From positions 10,168,001-10,232,000 of the forward strand of contig OZ176052.1 of the NCBI GenBank assembly GCA_964247055.1: 64,000 nt of DNA. Reading direction: 5' to 3'. The translations under genes were made by a program, and so were the position numbers. This document shows, in pieces, positions 12,194 through 25,486 of this stretch (position 1 is the stretch's first letter; every line of letters starts with the position of its first letter). The notes under the pieces were generated by a model. That model was given only the letters and a program-made list of their open reading frames with translations, was not told where the DNA came from and made no database searches. Source of the stretch: Paragordius varius (Eukaryota > Animalia > Nematomorpha).

Positions 12194-14159
12194 AAGAACA
12201 AAAAATGGCACTCTCTTATACCTGGCACTGTGTCTCTTACTTGTCACATGCTTTATATATAAGTAGTATAGTATATAATGTGGATTATTAGTGCTTAATA
12301 TATTCCCCTAATTTATTATATTACATATATGTATCCTGTTCTATTAAATATGATTAAAATTGATTTTAGTTGAAGCTATTATTTAATTAACCACCCATAC
12401 AAAGTCATATACATGATTAGTAACGACAATATATTTTTTGTATAATTTGTGATTAATGCCCATATTTATTTATCAAATATTTGCATGCCTTAAATATTTT
12501 TAATACATTATATATTTATTGAAACACCTCGATATTTTTAATTATAATATACTTAGTTATATTTATTGAATTATGTAACATAGCTCTATGCAAAAGTGAT
12601 GTGCATAAATATAATTATTTTAAAATACTCTTGTTTTGTGCAATTGCTTTTTAATTGCTTAATTTTAGGAATATTTATATTCTATGCTTAACTAAGAATC
12701 TAGTCGAACCACCTATAATAAATGTGATTCCTAAATTTTGTATTTTATTTAAATATGGTTTTAAAAATTACATATTAATGTTAAGATAACTGGGATATGA
12801 AATTTACTTTTATATATATTGTGTTTTCTATATAAAGTTTTAATATACCAGGGAACCAAAAAATCCCGATGAAATATATTTTTTATATAACAATGTATCA
12901 GATTTATCATAGGGCTTTTGGTTTTAGCCCTTACGATTGATTTAATAAAGTTAATTACACTTTTGTGGTAACTGAATATCGAAAAATGGCGAAATATGCG
13001 CACATTTTGTTTAATAATTTTTTTTTGGAAAGCTTCATTCCAAAAACATCGCTAAAATATATTATAAACCACATATAAAGCTAAATCATTTTTTGATCTA
13101 TACGAGTTCCTCATTTAGAATAAACCCAAAAGACTGCTGAGATTGGGGGGATGAAAAAATTAATATATGCTAAATTTTGATATCAAAAATGGTTTTTGCG
13201 AAAAAAATGGATATTTTGCTTAAAATTTTAAATTTATAACAATATTAATTGAGCCTACTTCATACAATTTTGTTATGATGTTTGTTAGCTTTAAGATATA
13301 ATAAAAACACTTTATTATATAATTCGATTTTGCTGACCATTTCTATTATTTAAGAATTTTAGAGGTTACTTAAAGAAACCATCTATGTACAACATATTTT
13401 TTATTTAAAGTGACGAATTTTTTAAACAAATTCTGAGGTGATATAAATGTTGAATATCATCGAATTATATAAATATCTAAAAGAATTTATACCGTTTTCA
13501 TCATGCGTCAAAGTATGAAGTAAGCGTCAGCAAAATTTTGCTATATATATATACATATATATATTAATTAGCAAAAAATTTATTTTTTGGAAAAAAACTT
13601 GATGTCAGAATTTAGCATATACGCTTACCACAAAATCTCGGGAAACGTTTATTTTAAGAGGTATAACCCATTTAAGAAGGAAAAAATTGAAACTTTCAGA
13701 GCCTACACTATGCACACATATCATTTTGTCTAGTTTTTACCTTCAGATTTATCCGTAATAAATATACTATGTTTTAATGTTTCTAATATGTTTAGATATA
13801 TCGGTGAATTAATGTTATAAACGTGCAAACATTTTCACTAAAATTTCTTTAATATTTTTTATTATTAGTTTTAAACAGCTCTGGTGTTACAAATTCCTAT
13901 TTAAATTGAAAAACTAGATTGAATGTGTTGTACTTAAGTGTTAAAAAAAGGGCGCAAGTTTTGTCATTTTTTCATATAGGGAAGTTATCACAAAAGTGTA
14001 AATAATAATAATCGTACAAAACCAAAAGCACTATTAATCAATATTTATATTAACAGGACATATTTATGAACACTTTGTATATATAAAGATTTAATAAATT
14101 TAATGATAACTACAAAAATTTACTAAAACAAAATTTTAAGGAAAAACAAGTTTTTTTAA

Positions 14160-14825
14160 CATTTAGATACAACACATTCATTTCAGTACTTAGATTCAAA
14201 TGGTAGTTAGATATTCCAGGCTTGAACTAGATATTTCTAAAAATTAGGAAAAACATGGCAAAAATATGCACTTAAATAATATTAAGGAACCAAAATAATA
14301 AAAATTATATTCAATGAAGTAAACTGTCCCAATTTAAATTTATCCTTCTATCCTAATAAAAATATATAAATAAGCCAAAATGTCAAAATAAATCGTCGTA
14401 TTGAAAATGGATCCATGTTAAACTACTTCGACGCCATTTTTATTTTAATTTTTTTTTGCAAAACATCGTATTCATTTAATTTTAAAGGTAAATTTAATGC
14501 TAATTTTTTTATTTAAATTACATCTAACATTGATAGATTAGAAAAAGTGGTTTATTTTGTATTTTTTTCAATTTAGCCGATGCACACATGTTACGTTGAC
14601 TAAATTTTTACCATTGGGTTTTACATTAAAATGAGAAATATCAAGTAATTTTGAATAAAAATTTTTATTTATTTCGGTGTTTTAATGTTATATAACTGCA
14701 AAATTTTACCATGGTTTCGATTCCTTCCATATTTTTTAAAGTATTTAATTTTAAACAGGCCTGGGCTATCCAACTACCTCAATTTGAATCGAAAGACTGA
14801 AATGAATGTGTTGTATCCAAGGTGT
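14160..14825. mobile_element. MITE family A (~0.65 kb, ends ACAC(C)TTGGATACAACACATTCATTTCAG)
   Basis: 14162-14224 is an imperfect inverted copy of 14757-14822; homologous arms occur at 29412-29600 and 58281-58440. Confidence 0.68.
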
Positions 14826-15800
14826 ATCAAGAAAAGGGTGTAGCAGACCCACGTCGCCACTGTCCACAAAAGACGTCCCTTGCTGCCCTTCCATACACCA
14901 GTCAATGGTGGTTCAGTGACAGCCGTCTAGTTGCGTCGGGGGTCGGGTTGACTTCTAGGGATATAATGATAAGTTTATATAAAGATATGTATGAAATAAA
15001 ATGAAGATATATTTGGCATTTACAGGTAAATCCAATTGACTATATCCTATATATTTATACTAATGTTTAATAGATTTAATATTCTTTAAAATATAACGTA
15101 TGAAAATTCTAGCTTAATTCAACCGAGTGCATATTTATTATACTGTAGTATTTATCTTGTTTAATACGATTTATAAACCAATATTTAACTTTTACTAGTG
15201 GTATGTATTTCCGTTGTTAATAAAAAAGTATGAATTTTGGGCTTAGAATATAATAACCATATTTAAAAATGTAAATTAAAAATGGCGGCCAAGTAGTTTA
15301 ATATGCAACTTTAAAACTAAAATTAGATATTTTATTTACTTATATAGTTTATATAAAAATAGAAGCATATAATTAAATTGAAACCGTTTCTTTCAGAATT
15401 TTAATGAATATATCTACTAAATATTGTCTGGGTATCTAGCTACCCCAATTCAAATCGAAGTGTTTAAATATTATATTTTTATTTAAAAATCTCTCAATTT
15501 TGGCGCTTTCAATATCGGCAATTTTAACTCAGTCCAAAAACGTGAGAATTTTTACTACATACATTAAAATTAGATATTATCTTTTTTGGGTTTTTTATAT
15601 ATTTTGGAGTGCACACAAAAAATATCTATGATAGATAAATATTTCAAGATTTTTGGTAGGCTTACCAGTCATTCACCTTTAAATTCAATAAAAGAATTAT
15701 ATAAAAAATTGATTAAATACATAGCTCTTTTTATATCATAAAGCTCCTTCGCAAGGGTTTCTTTAGTGACGCTTGAAATTTAACATTAGTTTACATTTGT

Positions 15801-16028
15801 ATGATTGGTCAACATGATCCTCCTATAATAAAAAAATTTTCTAAACCCTTTTCGAAATGTTTGCAACAAGTTAATTAATAATTATTAATAGGCTATTATC
15901 TATGGTAGATGTATTATAAATTGTAAAGAAGAAATTAAAAAGGATTCGTGTGAAAAAGAATTTAAAAGCCTATTAGAGTGTATAAAGTTTATTATTTTAT
16001 TTATATTAATAGAAATCATCAAAAATAA
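15801..16028 (+). CDS. NDUFAF8: NDUFAF8 (C17orf89)-like small twin-Cys mitochondrial complex I assembly factor, ~59 aa
   Basis: Exons 15801-15869, 15892-15986, 16013-16028 (introns 22 and 26 nt) give MIGQHDPPIIKKFSKPFSKCLQQAIIYGRCIINCKEEIKKDSCEKEFKSLLECIRNHQK*, matching the family pattern C..A..YG.C....KD.C..EF..L..C. Missed by the ORF track. Confidence 0.8.
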
Positions 16029-16031
16029 TAA

Positions 16032-18303
16032 ATGGCCGAATTCGTTCAGCTTAATTTGGAACAAAGTCTTGATGAAATAGAACAGTTAAGAAGTTCTCTT
16101 ATTTTTACGACGAATGAATTGAAAATTATCATACAGACGCCGTGATTTTGAATATAAATTGAGACGTAAACAAAAAAGCTTAAAAGATTACATTGATTAT
16201 ATTGAATACGAAAAAAACATATTAGATTTAATAAGATATCGACATAATGATAAAATCAAAAACAGTAAACGTCGTAATACTCAACATAAAGAGAATTTAT
16301 TTGAACGCCAAATCACTAATAGAATTTTCAAACTTTATCGCGAATTACTTAAGCGGTATCCTCAATCTCTCGACACATGGACCTCATACGTAACTTTTGC
16401 AAAGTTTCGAGTATCTCACCTTGATGCTATGGAAAAAGTTTGTCGCAAACGATTAAATAAATCTGAGCATAGAAACTCGCAACGTTTACATGGTTTCGAA
16501 CGCAAGCTTGACCGAGTTATTCGATTAATTAGTCGAGCAGAAGAACGCGTTACAACCATTTATGCAAATATGATTGGACATCACGGGACAGTCTCATGGG
16601 TTTGGATCGATGCAGTATGGTGGCAATATAAAAGAGATGTGACATCCATAGACAAAGTTCGTACAATGATGCGAAAAGCACTGGAAGGATTTAAGGAATC
16701 CGAGGCAATTAATATCAAGCCAAACAATTGTAATTATTACAGTGATGAAATAAGTGATAGGGCTAAGTTATGGCTTGCATTTGTGACTATTGAATTACAT
16801 TATTATGGTAAGATGGTGTTGAGAAATAAAATTATAAACAACAGAAAGCAAAAAGAAGCGGATCAGCTTTCGAACCCTATAATAGACACGGATTTACCGG
16901 AAAATGACCACGCTCATGATGCTATCCAGAACACACCAATATTGCCTAGTCAACAAAATATTGATATGAATGATGAATCCTTAGCTACTAATTTTAAACT
17001 TTTGTGTGTTATTATAAAGCATGCAATTACATCTGAAATCCCACAAAATCCTTACTTTATATTGCAAATTTTGAAGATTGTTATGAAGCAAAAAGGTCGG
17101 AAGCAGTTGCTTGATTTTCTAACTGAAACTTTGCATAATCATCAAAATGAGTTTTCTTATACATTTGCCACTATATTATATTATTTTGAGGTGCCCGAAG
17201 TTTTATCAAAGCAAAAGATAACATCTTCGAGATTAAATTATTTATTGGAACTTATTGTTGAGGCCTTACACTCAAAAATATCACTTATCTCTATCCGTGA
17301 TGTTCAGTTTATACTCAATTTTATAAGCAAAAAATATCAACCAAACTCATTTGTTGTTATGGAAATTGATTTACATTTTATTTTACAAATTATACAGTCG
17401 CTAAACAATATTTTGGAGAAATTATGCAGTATGAAAATTGAAAAAAAGATGGCTAAAAATATATGGCTAGATATTCTTGTTTACATTCTCGAGATTTATA
17501 ATTCTTGTGGCGATGTTGCATTTCATCAGATTTATTTGGAAATATTAAATAAATTAACTCATTCTTTATATCCAAAAACTGCAAGATTTTGGGCTATGCG
17601 ACTTCAAACTTTCCTTGCACCTACAAATCCTGATCTCGTAACTTTCCATAAAGTATTCCAAGACGCTTTGGCTAAAGTTAAAGAAAAAAATTGCTTTATA
17701 ATATGGGATACTCTTTTATCATTTTATGAAAACATGAATATGCACAAGGAATACGATTCCACCATTGATAAGGCGTTCAAAACTTTAATTAACATTGACG
17801 TTTTGTGTGAAATTAAGGATAAATATGCAAAATTCCTGATTAACAGAATTAATTCTTTTGGGTCTATAGAATGCTCTTCCAACTCCGAATTCCAGCAAAC
17901 TATAGCAAATATGGTAAAAATAGGGGAATGTCAACCAACATTAGCTAAAACATACATTTGTATAATTGAATTTTTGCAAAATTATTTGACAACACTCACA
18001 CAACATGACAAAACAGGCAAAATTAATAATTATGATCAATCTGAGATTAATTTAGCCATAGATAAACTCATAAATTTTGCCCTTATAAGGCACGGTAAAG
18101 AAGAACCCTGCCTTTGGATACTTTATATAAAACGTCAGAAACAACTTTTCTCCCTTAAACTTTCAAGCCAATCTTCGTTTGGGATTGAAAAAAATGTTTC
18201 ATCTTTATCCACCATTTATGCGCAAGCTATTAAAACTTTACGACCGGAAAAAATGGATGATTTTATTACTTTGTATACTAATGTCACTATGTCTGTCAAT
18301 TAA
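16032..18303 (+). CDS. UTP6: U3 snoRNA-associated protein 6 (HAT repeats); intronless, with a frame break near codon 37
   Basis: MAEFVQLNLEQSLDEIEQL..IFTTNELK (frame 0) then DFEYKLRRK..KDYIDYIEYEKNILDLIRYR (+1 frame), LLKRYPQSLDTWTSYVTF, WVWIDAVWW, and a further ~714-codon open frame. Confidence 0.88.
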
Positions 18304-18602
18304 TTTATGCGAAATAAATTGATTTATATATGTATATTTTTATTTATATAGATTACTTAATTTAAATTAAATATACCTGTTACACTAAGTGCCAATTTAT
18401 TAACTTTGGATTTAATAATAATAAGATTTTCTTTTTTGATTCATTTTTTCTGGAGGGCTTATTATATGTAGTCATCAAATGAAATGTATATAAAAGAAGA
18501 TATAGTATAGTATTATAATATAATATATATTCGTATATTAGACGTAACGTACTTTATGTAATTTTTGTTTATCTTGAGTTACTTATATCCGATTTTTGAT
18601 GA

Positions 18603-21600
18603 ATGATGAATAAAATTATTGGACGAGTCTACAGAAATCTTATATCATCTACTGTTTGGTATTCACTTGCAATTTTTATTCTAACCATCATTCCCCATAT
18701 TCCATCTCAATGTCCCAAAGGTAATGCAACCCAATCCATTGTTTAATACTCTTTAATTCTACAATCGCCTTTTAGATATTATTGGTGTAAAAGAACTGGT
18801 TAAATATGCTTGTGATTGTCAAAATGGTGAAGAGTTACAGGTGAGAACTCGACAAGGTGCAGTATATACCATTAATACATCATTCAATACCAGCAATCAA
18901 GAATTTTCAGTTGAGTTTGGTAGGAGAAGGGCCAGTTTCAACGTTTATTCTCAATATCTTAATGGACCTAAAGCGGTTCGGGACAGAGTGTACACTATAT
19001 TCCCTCACACAGATGTTATGCTACTTAAGGAATTGAGTAATGCGTACGAAACGATTCGCATCAATTCAGATCTCACTGCCAATTTTTACATAAATCAGGG
19101 GCCTGTGGATGTGACCTTTTTCACCTTTGATGTGGCAACTAAAGCTTTGCTCAGTAAATGTATTGATACACCCAATTCAGATATTGTAGAAAAGTATATA
19201 ATATATATTATATTTTAATCTTTATTTCATGCGTTGATATTCACCAATATAGGATCGGTTTATCTGTACTGTGACCCAAAAAATAGCATTTGTTCTAAAA
19301 TAATTATTTTTTCATTTTTTAATTAAGTATTATGACTAGGTTTTTAAATTAACAAACGTAATGGCAACATTTATCTAATTATATTTCGATACATTTTAGA
19401 TTAATGTATATATCCATTTAATATGTAAATGCGCAGATCCTGGTTTGCTTTTAAATTGTTCTCTGGGTTTAGACAAACTCACCCTAAAAAGTTGCAAAAT
19501 TTTTCATATATTACTATTATCATACTTAAAAATATTTGAAATTTTTTTGCTACAATTACAACCATTAAAAAGATTCATTTCACCATAATAATTTTTTTAA
19601 ATAAACATGCGTCGATTTTTCTCAATTTTATATCAACAAGATTAATCCTATATTTAATTACCATTATTATGGTAGGTATTTAATCCATCAGGCCGAAATC
19701 TACCCTATGGAAATTAAATATAACTAATTTATTCGCCCTTTTTATATGTTTAGCTATTTGTTTCAATTCTTTCATATTCTTACCAAATTCTTTCTTAATA
19801 CAAGCCCTCCATTATAACATAGATCATAAATTTTTTCTTTTTCCTTCATCTTTTCCGACAAATCTTTTCATTAATCCATAATTTAAAGGATTAACTGCAA
19901 AGCTAATGCCATATTAATACAATATTATTTTTTAGTTCCTCGATAACTTTGCGTCATGGAAAATATGTATATTGCAAATCACGAAATTCTCAATCTATAT
20001 GCGGTAGATGTTCGATGCCGACTAGAAATGCCCGATCTGGTATATAAATATATTATTTTATTTTCGTGTCATATAACTAATTTTTTATGGGTTTATTGCT
20101 TTTAAAATTTTAAAATATAATTTACTACTCTGTTAATATTAATATTTTGTCATTAATAAAATAAAATAATTGTAAAGCCGTCACGAATCTACCCAATAGG
20201 TACTTACGAAATAGACACCCTTTTGATTTTCATTGGGTTTTTGAATCATTGACTCTTTTTTGTGAACGGGTCCAGCATAGAGATTTTCCGCCTCTATAAT
20301 CTTAATTAATTTATGCATGAAACATTTTTGTTAATTTAGATATCCGTTTAAATTTATTAGGCATTTTTAAATTTTATATAATTCAATTTTGTCATGCGTC
20401 TTTTATTGACATACAGAGCAGTTCCTTTTACGTGCAATAAAAATCAACAATACTCCCAAAAGAGGTGTTTTTGACACCAAGGTATGTTTTTTACAGTAAT
20501 AATAGAAAGAAAATAGTCGGCTCCTTCAGTGTTTGATTTCAGCTTTAATCATTACATTGTGCTGCTAAGAGTCGGATATTGCCGAGAATCAAAGTCTATA
20601 CCAAGTTAAATTTAATTATTTTTTTGTTTTGATATCAATTTTGTTTATATAAATTTATAAATTGGTAAAATTAAGTGAAAACACTAGTTGTCTGTGAAAT
20701 AATATAATTTGGTTCGTTTTTGTTATAAAATTAAACATTCTTGTGCGTACAGTTAGACCTCCAAATGCCAATGTAGATGGAAGTCAAGGAGTATCTGAGA
20801 CTCCTAGAGAAACCGAAACCTCGAAATTAAATGATTATGGTTTAAGTTTGCCGAGAAATAGTGTATGTGGAATCGATCGGAACTTTCGCGAACGCCAAGC
20901 CAGGACATTTGGTAAAAAACCTTCTTGGAGAATTTTGGGGGGCACAGCTGCGCAACCCAACTCATGGCTTTGGGTGGCCGCCTTGTACCATGATGTAGAT
21001 CAATTCTTTTGTGGGGGAACCATTTTATCTCCTGGCATTATTATCACTGCCGCACATTGTTTCATAAATTTTAGGTGAGTGAGATGAATTGTGATTAACA
21101 TTATCTTATATAATACTTAAAAAATATTTTTTTAAAACACCTGTCCCAGGGGTATTTTACAATTTGTCAGATAACAATCTATGCATATTTTTGGGGCGAT
21201 TTAATTTTGAGTAAAAAATACAAAAGTTTAACCCGTTACCACTCATTTCTGGTTATAAAATTTTCTTTCGCTCTGATTAATTTAATCTTTTTTACCCTTT
21301 TCCTAAATTATGTTTTTAAAGCGTCATAAAACACCATCGTGCCCTTTTGTAATTTATTTGGTGGTTTAGTTTTTTATTTGTTAGAGTGAGTTTATGGGCA
21401 CTCTAATCACATTTTTTAATTAGATAACATTTTTTATAGCAGAAGACTAGCAATTTTATGCTATCAATTATTTTTTATTCATATTTCCAAACATTGCTAA
21501 ATTACATGTGCAAAATGTCTTTTGTATAGGACAAAACGGGAGATTGATCGATTACGCGTCCGCGTTGGAAAGTATAATATAACTATTAAGGAGAATACGC

Positions 21601-23563
21601 AACAAAACCGAAGCATAAGCCAACTTATAATACACGAAGAATTCAATCGCGATCCTACAAGTACAAAAAATATAATAGTGATTTTTCATTGAAAATATAT
21701 TTTTCCTATATTCGAACTCTTAAAGGTTTTCTACCATTTATTTAAAAAAAAAATTGCCCGACCCGCTCCTCTCCCAAAAAACGGATAAAAATACAAAATT
21801 TATTATAATATTAAAAAAATCATAATCAATGAGATCCTTTTCTACTATTGTTGAAATATTTTTTTATACCGGGGACAAATCTTGATGCACCTGATATCTT
21901 CATTAACATTCAATTCGTTTCTAGTTTTATTTTTTAATAGATTTCTCCATATTTTTTGATCCCCCTAGATTTTTTAGGCCACCCTTAAGGGGCGTTGCCC
22001 TTCTTTTGAAAACCACTAAATGTTATTTTTATAAAATTTGCCTAAAATAATGTGCAGGGTGTTTTTGTCTATGTTTTCCATATAATATACGGTGAGATAC
22101 CAAATTTAAAAGAGTCTTCAGAATTTCGCCAATTTTCAGTGCATGTGTGATTGCGATCGAATTAATTTTTAAACATCAAATAATTAATTAGTAGCATTCC
22201 CTTTATCTTTTATTTTAACGCATTTAATTGATTCCCACAATTTAAGTGGGTTAATCAGAAAATCTTAAAACTTTTTTCCGATATTTTATTTATGTAACTA
22301 ATTTTGAAAGATGTAAATAAAAACTTATGGATAACTCATTCATAAATCTTGAAACAACATAGAGTGCCTTTTCCCTTAAATTTTGTTCGTTAAGCTTTCT
22401 AAGCAAAATGTTTATAATACAGTCGTGAAACTTATTAAATACCTCCAATACAAATTTTTAAATCAGTTACAATTTCATGGTTATCAAATAAAATCAGTAA
22501 TTATATTACTTTATAGATGAATACAAAAATGATATAGCCCTTGTTGTATTGCGAAAACCCTTAAAATTTAATAAAAATACCATTAATGTATGCCTCAACG
22601 ATGGATTTTACCCTATAAATGAATCACCGCAACCAGATTGTATTGTAACGGGATGGGGAAATATGGGTAATATATTTCTTTTTTTAACGATATATATTAC
22701 CTGATTTTTACCCATTAGAACGAAATGAAAAAAGTACCGTTTTACGACAATTGGACGTTAATCTAATTTCTCGAGAAGTTTGCAATGCTAAAAAATCAAT
22801 GAATAACAAAGTGATAGATGGGATGTTTTGTGCAGGATCCACAGAGGGAAAGGATGCTTGCGAGGTAAATTTCATGCAATGCAAAGTGGTACTAATCTAG
22901 TTAATAGAATTATTAAATATTGATATTGAAAGCCACATTAATTAAAAGTTTGGACCCTTTTTTGGAAAAATTAATATACATCTTGGAGATTTATGTTAAG
23001 ACAAAGTAATACCTGTTAATACCATCAACTACGAAATGTGGATAAATATCTAGTCTAATATATTTGGAAAAATGAATAATATAGTTTGTATATCAGGGCT
23101 TCGAATTGGTTCGAAAAAAGTAGAACCAGAACCAGTAGGGTTAGAACTAGAACCGGCCTGGCTTTTAAGAATTTAAAAATGGAACAGAATTATGGTTCCT
23201 AAAATTTCGAAACTGGAACCGTGGTTCCTAAAAATTAGAACCGAAACTGGGTTGGTTTTACCCCTAAAAAGTTCCTGCTTTAATTTCAGGAACCGGGTTC
23301 CGGTTCGAAACACTGGTTTATATGCGTTATATATTGCAGTTTTTCACATAAATATAATCAAGGGTGATAGTGGCGGACCCTTGCAATGCTTCAACAGGCA
23401 AGAGAAAAGATGGTATTTAACAGGGATTGTTAGTTGGGGCATAGGTTGTGGTCTACCAAACAAATATGGAGTTTATACTAATGTCAAAGAATTTTTACCT
23501 TGGATTAATGCCAAAATACGGGAATTACAACTCAATTCTTCTTTTTTATCGTATCAATTTTAA
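18603..23563 (+). CDS. Trypsin-like (S1A) serine protease with N-terminal hydrophobic segment and ~300-aa stem
   Basis: Ten phase-consistent exons: 18603-18720, 18776-19193, 19936-20039, 20417-20481, 20517-20604, 20753-21074, ~21530-21661, ~22518-22666, ~22720-22864, 23362-23563. Activation site R|ILGG, TAAHC, NDIAL, KDACE|GDSGGP, GIVSWG.GC, GVYTNV. Linkage of the first five exons to the protease is less certain than the catalytic domain. Confidence 0.9.
23094..23315. mobile_element. hAT-like MITE in the last protease intron
   Basis: Imperfect TIR CAGGGCTTCGAATTGG / CCGGTTCGAAACACTG; 8-bp flanks TTGTATAT/GTTTATAT (6/8 identical); many internal (A/G)GAACC motifs. Confidence 0.72.
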
Positions 23564-25253
23564 TTTTAAAACTCACTCACCATGTCATACAATTTTTTAC
23601 CAGTGTCGGTTGAAAATAATTGTTACGCAATGAATATATAATATCTTGTGAACACAAATTTGGAATAAATAAAGAGTATATCTAATTTAGGAGCCATTTA
23701 ATATTTTTTATATTTGAATATGAAATCATAGAATCCTAGGGACTCTTATATTTGAAGTCGTTAACTGGGATTTTCATTTTAGCGATTTTAATTTACAGTT
23801 TTTTTTATTATTGTTTAATTAATTATGATGTTGGCATTGTTGAAATATTTAAAAGTAAGGTAGAAAAAACCAATCTAATATAAAAAAATTGAATTATTAT
23901 ATATATTACAAGGAGGTATTGTTTATTATAAAAAATTAAAATGTACTATAATGTATCATAAATGTCTATCGTAACATTGCCACCTTAAAAGATATGACTT
24001 AACTTGTTCGGTAACAAGATTAAATATTACATATTTAAGAGAATATAATATAAAAGTAAAAATTGACCAAAGTACAAATCTCTCTCTTTTTTGGGCCATA
24101 AAGCTATTGTATTTTCTAAGAAAAAATTATAAAAGCATGTTTGCTTTTTCGCCTTTCCACGCTTAATGGTAATAAACCCGGCGGTTTAAACTGTTTTTCT
24201 CGGCAAACAAATTTTATATAAACAGCAATTATTAATAAATTGACTCTTACGTTTGTTCGAACGATTACATTAAAATTATTTTGCGCGTCCCCTTCAAGTA
24301 TTAAATATATGCTTAGTCATCATTGAATTTCAAAAGAACATGAGCTTTTGTATCAGCCTATAAGTCAAATATTATTTATTAAATAAAAGATGGCATATAT
24401 TTATATGATAGTCTTCTTTTATATATATAAAATATATTTTAATTAGTAGGGGAAGTAGTTGAGGTGGATTAACATTTTTTAATTAATTATTGAAGGCTTT
24501 GTCATATATATAGTGTACACTCATCACCAAAATAAATTATGGTAAGTGCCAATGGCTTATTATCCGCATCATGACCCTTTTTAATTAAGGAAATTTTTAT
24601 AAAAAATATCTCCCATTTAATTTTAATCAAAAAAATTTTAAAAAATATTATTTTATTACACTTCATGGTCACTTTTCCGCGATGACATATTGCGTTATTT
24701 TCATTTTCCAGAGCTCAATCTTATGAATAAACTGCTTTTTTGAAATATTATGGTTAAAATTTATACACAAACATTGTCCTCCTGTATTAGATAACAAAGC
24801 ATATCTTTTGACATATTTCTAGAGTCTAAAATTGGGACTGCTCACAAGAGTTAATTATTTACATTTTATAAAAATACATTTATTTACTAATTGTATTAAC
24901 GAAATGATGGCAAAGAAAATGTTTGAGATGATGATTATTTTACATTAAAAAAATTAATAATGCGCCCAAAAGGCTAAAGAAGCATATTTTTGAATTGGCC
25001 TAAAACCTTAAATAATATTTAAGATAATCGAATTTCAAAGCACTCAGCAATATAAAGACTACCACCCCAATTGGTCATAAAGTGATAAAAAAATACATTT
25101 TTTCGTCGTCGAATATTGTTTTCCAAAATTGCTCATAAAATCTATATAATAATGTTAATTTTTGACTTTAATACAATTTTCCCCTAGCATGAATGTCCAT
25201 AATATTACGAATGCGCCGAAAATAATCAGACTATTTTTTGATTAGCCTTGAAT

Positions 25254-25486
25254 CAGGGGTGGTCAACACAAATGGTTTCGCGGGCCACATTTTAGAATCG
25301 AAAAATCCAACGTGCCTTCGAAGAATATATGGAAGTTGACAAATATTTTATTACATTTCAAAAAACTGTAAAAATACTATTTATTTTATGCTAGTTCATT
25401 GTTAATATTTTATTTGAAACTTCTCGCGGGCTGAAAAAATATTTTGGAGGGCATGCGGCCCACGAACCGCGTGTTGGTCACCCCTG
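25254..25486. mobile_element. hAT-like MITE
   Basis: 16-bp TIR CAGGGGTGGTCAACAC / GTGTTGGTCACCCCTG, subterminal GCGGGCC motifs, degenerate 8-bp TSD (CCTTGAAT/CTCTAAAT). Confidence 0.8.

Noticed and set aside
10846-12266. Alternative-frame and antisense ORFs (10846, 11281, 11822, 11826)
   Set aside because: Shadows of GGN-rich coding sequence, which lacks stops in other frames.
15400-15795. Possible minus-strand gene divergent from the NDUFAF8-like gene
   Set aside because: Intron-like segments exist, but no phase-consistent open model or recognisable protein could be built.
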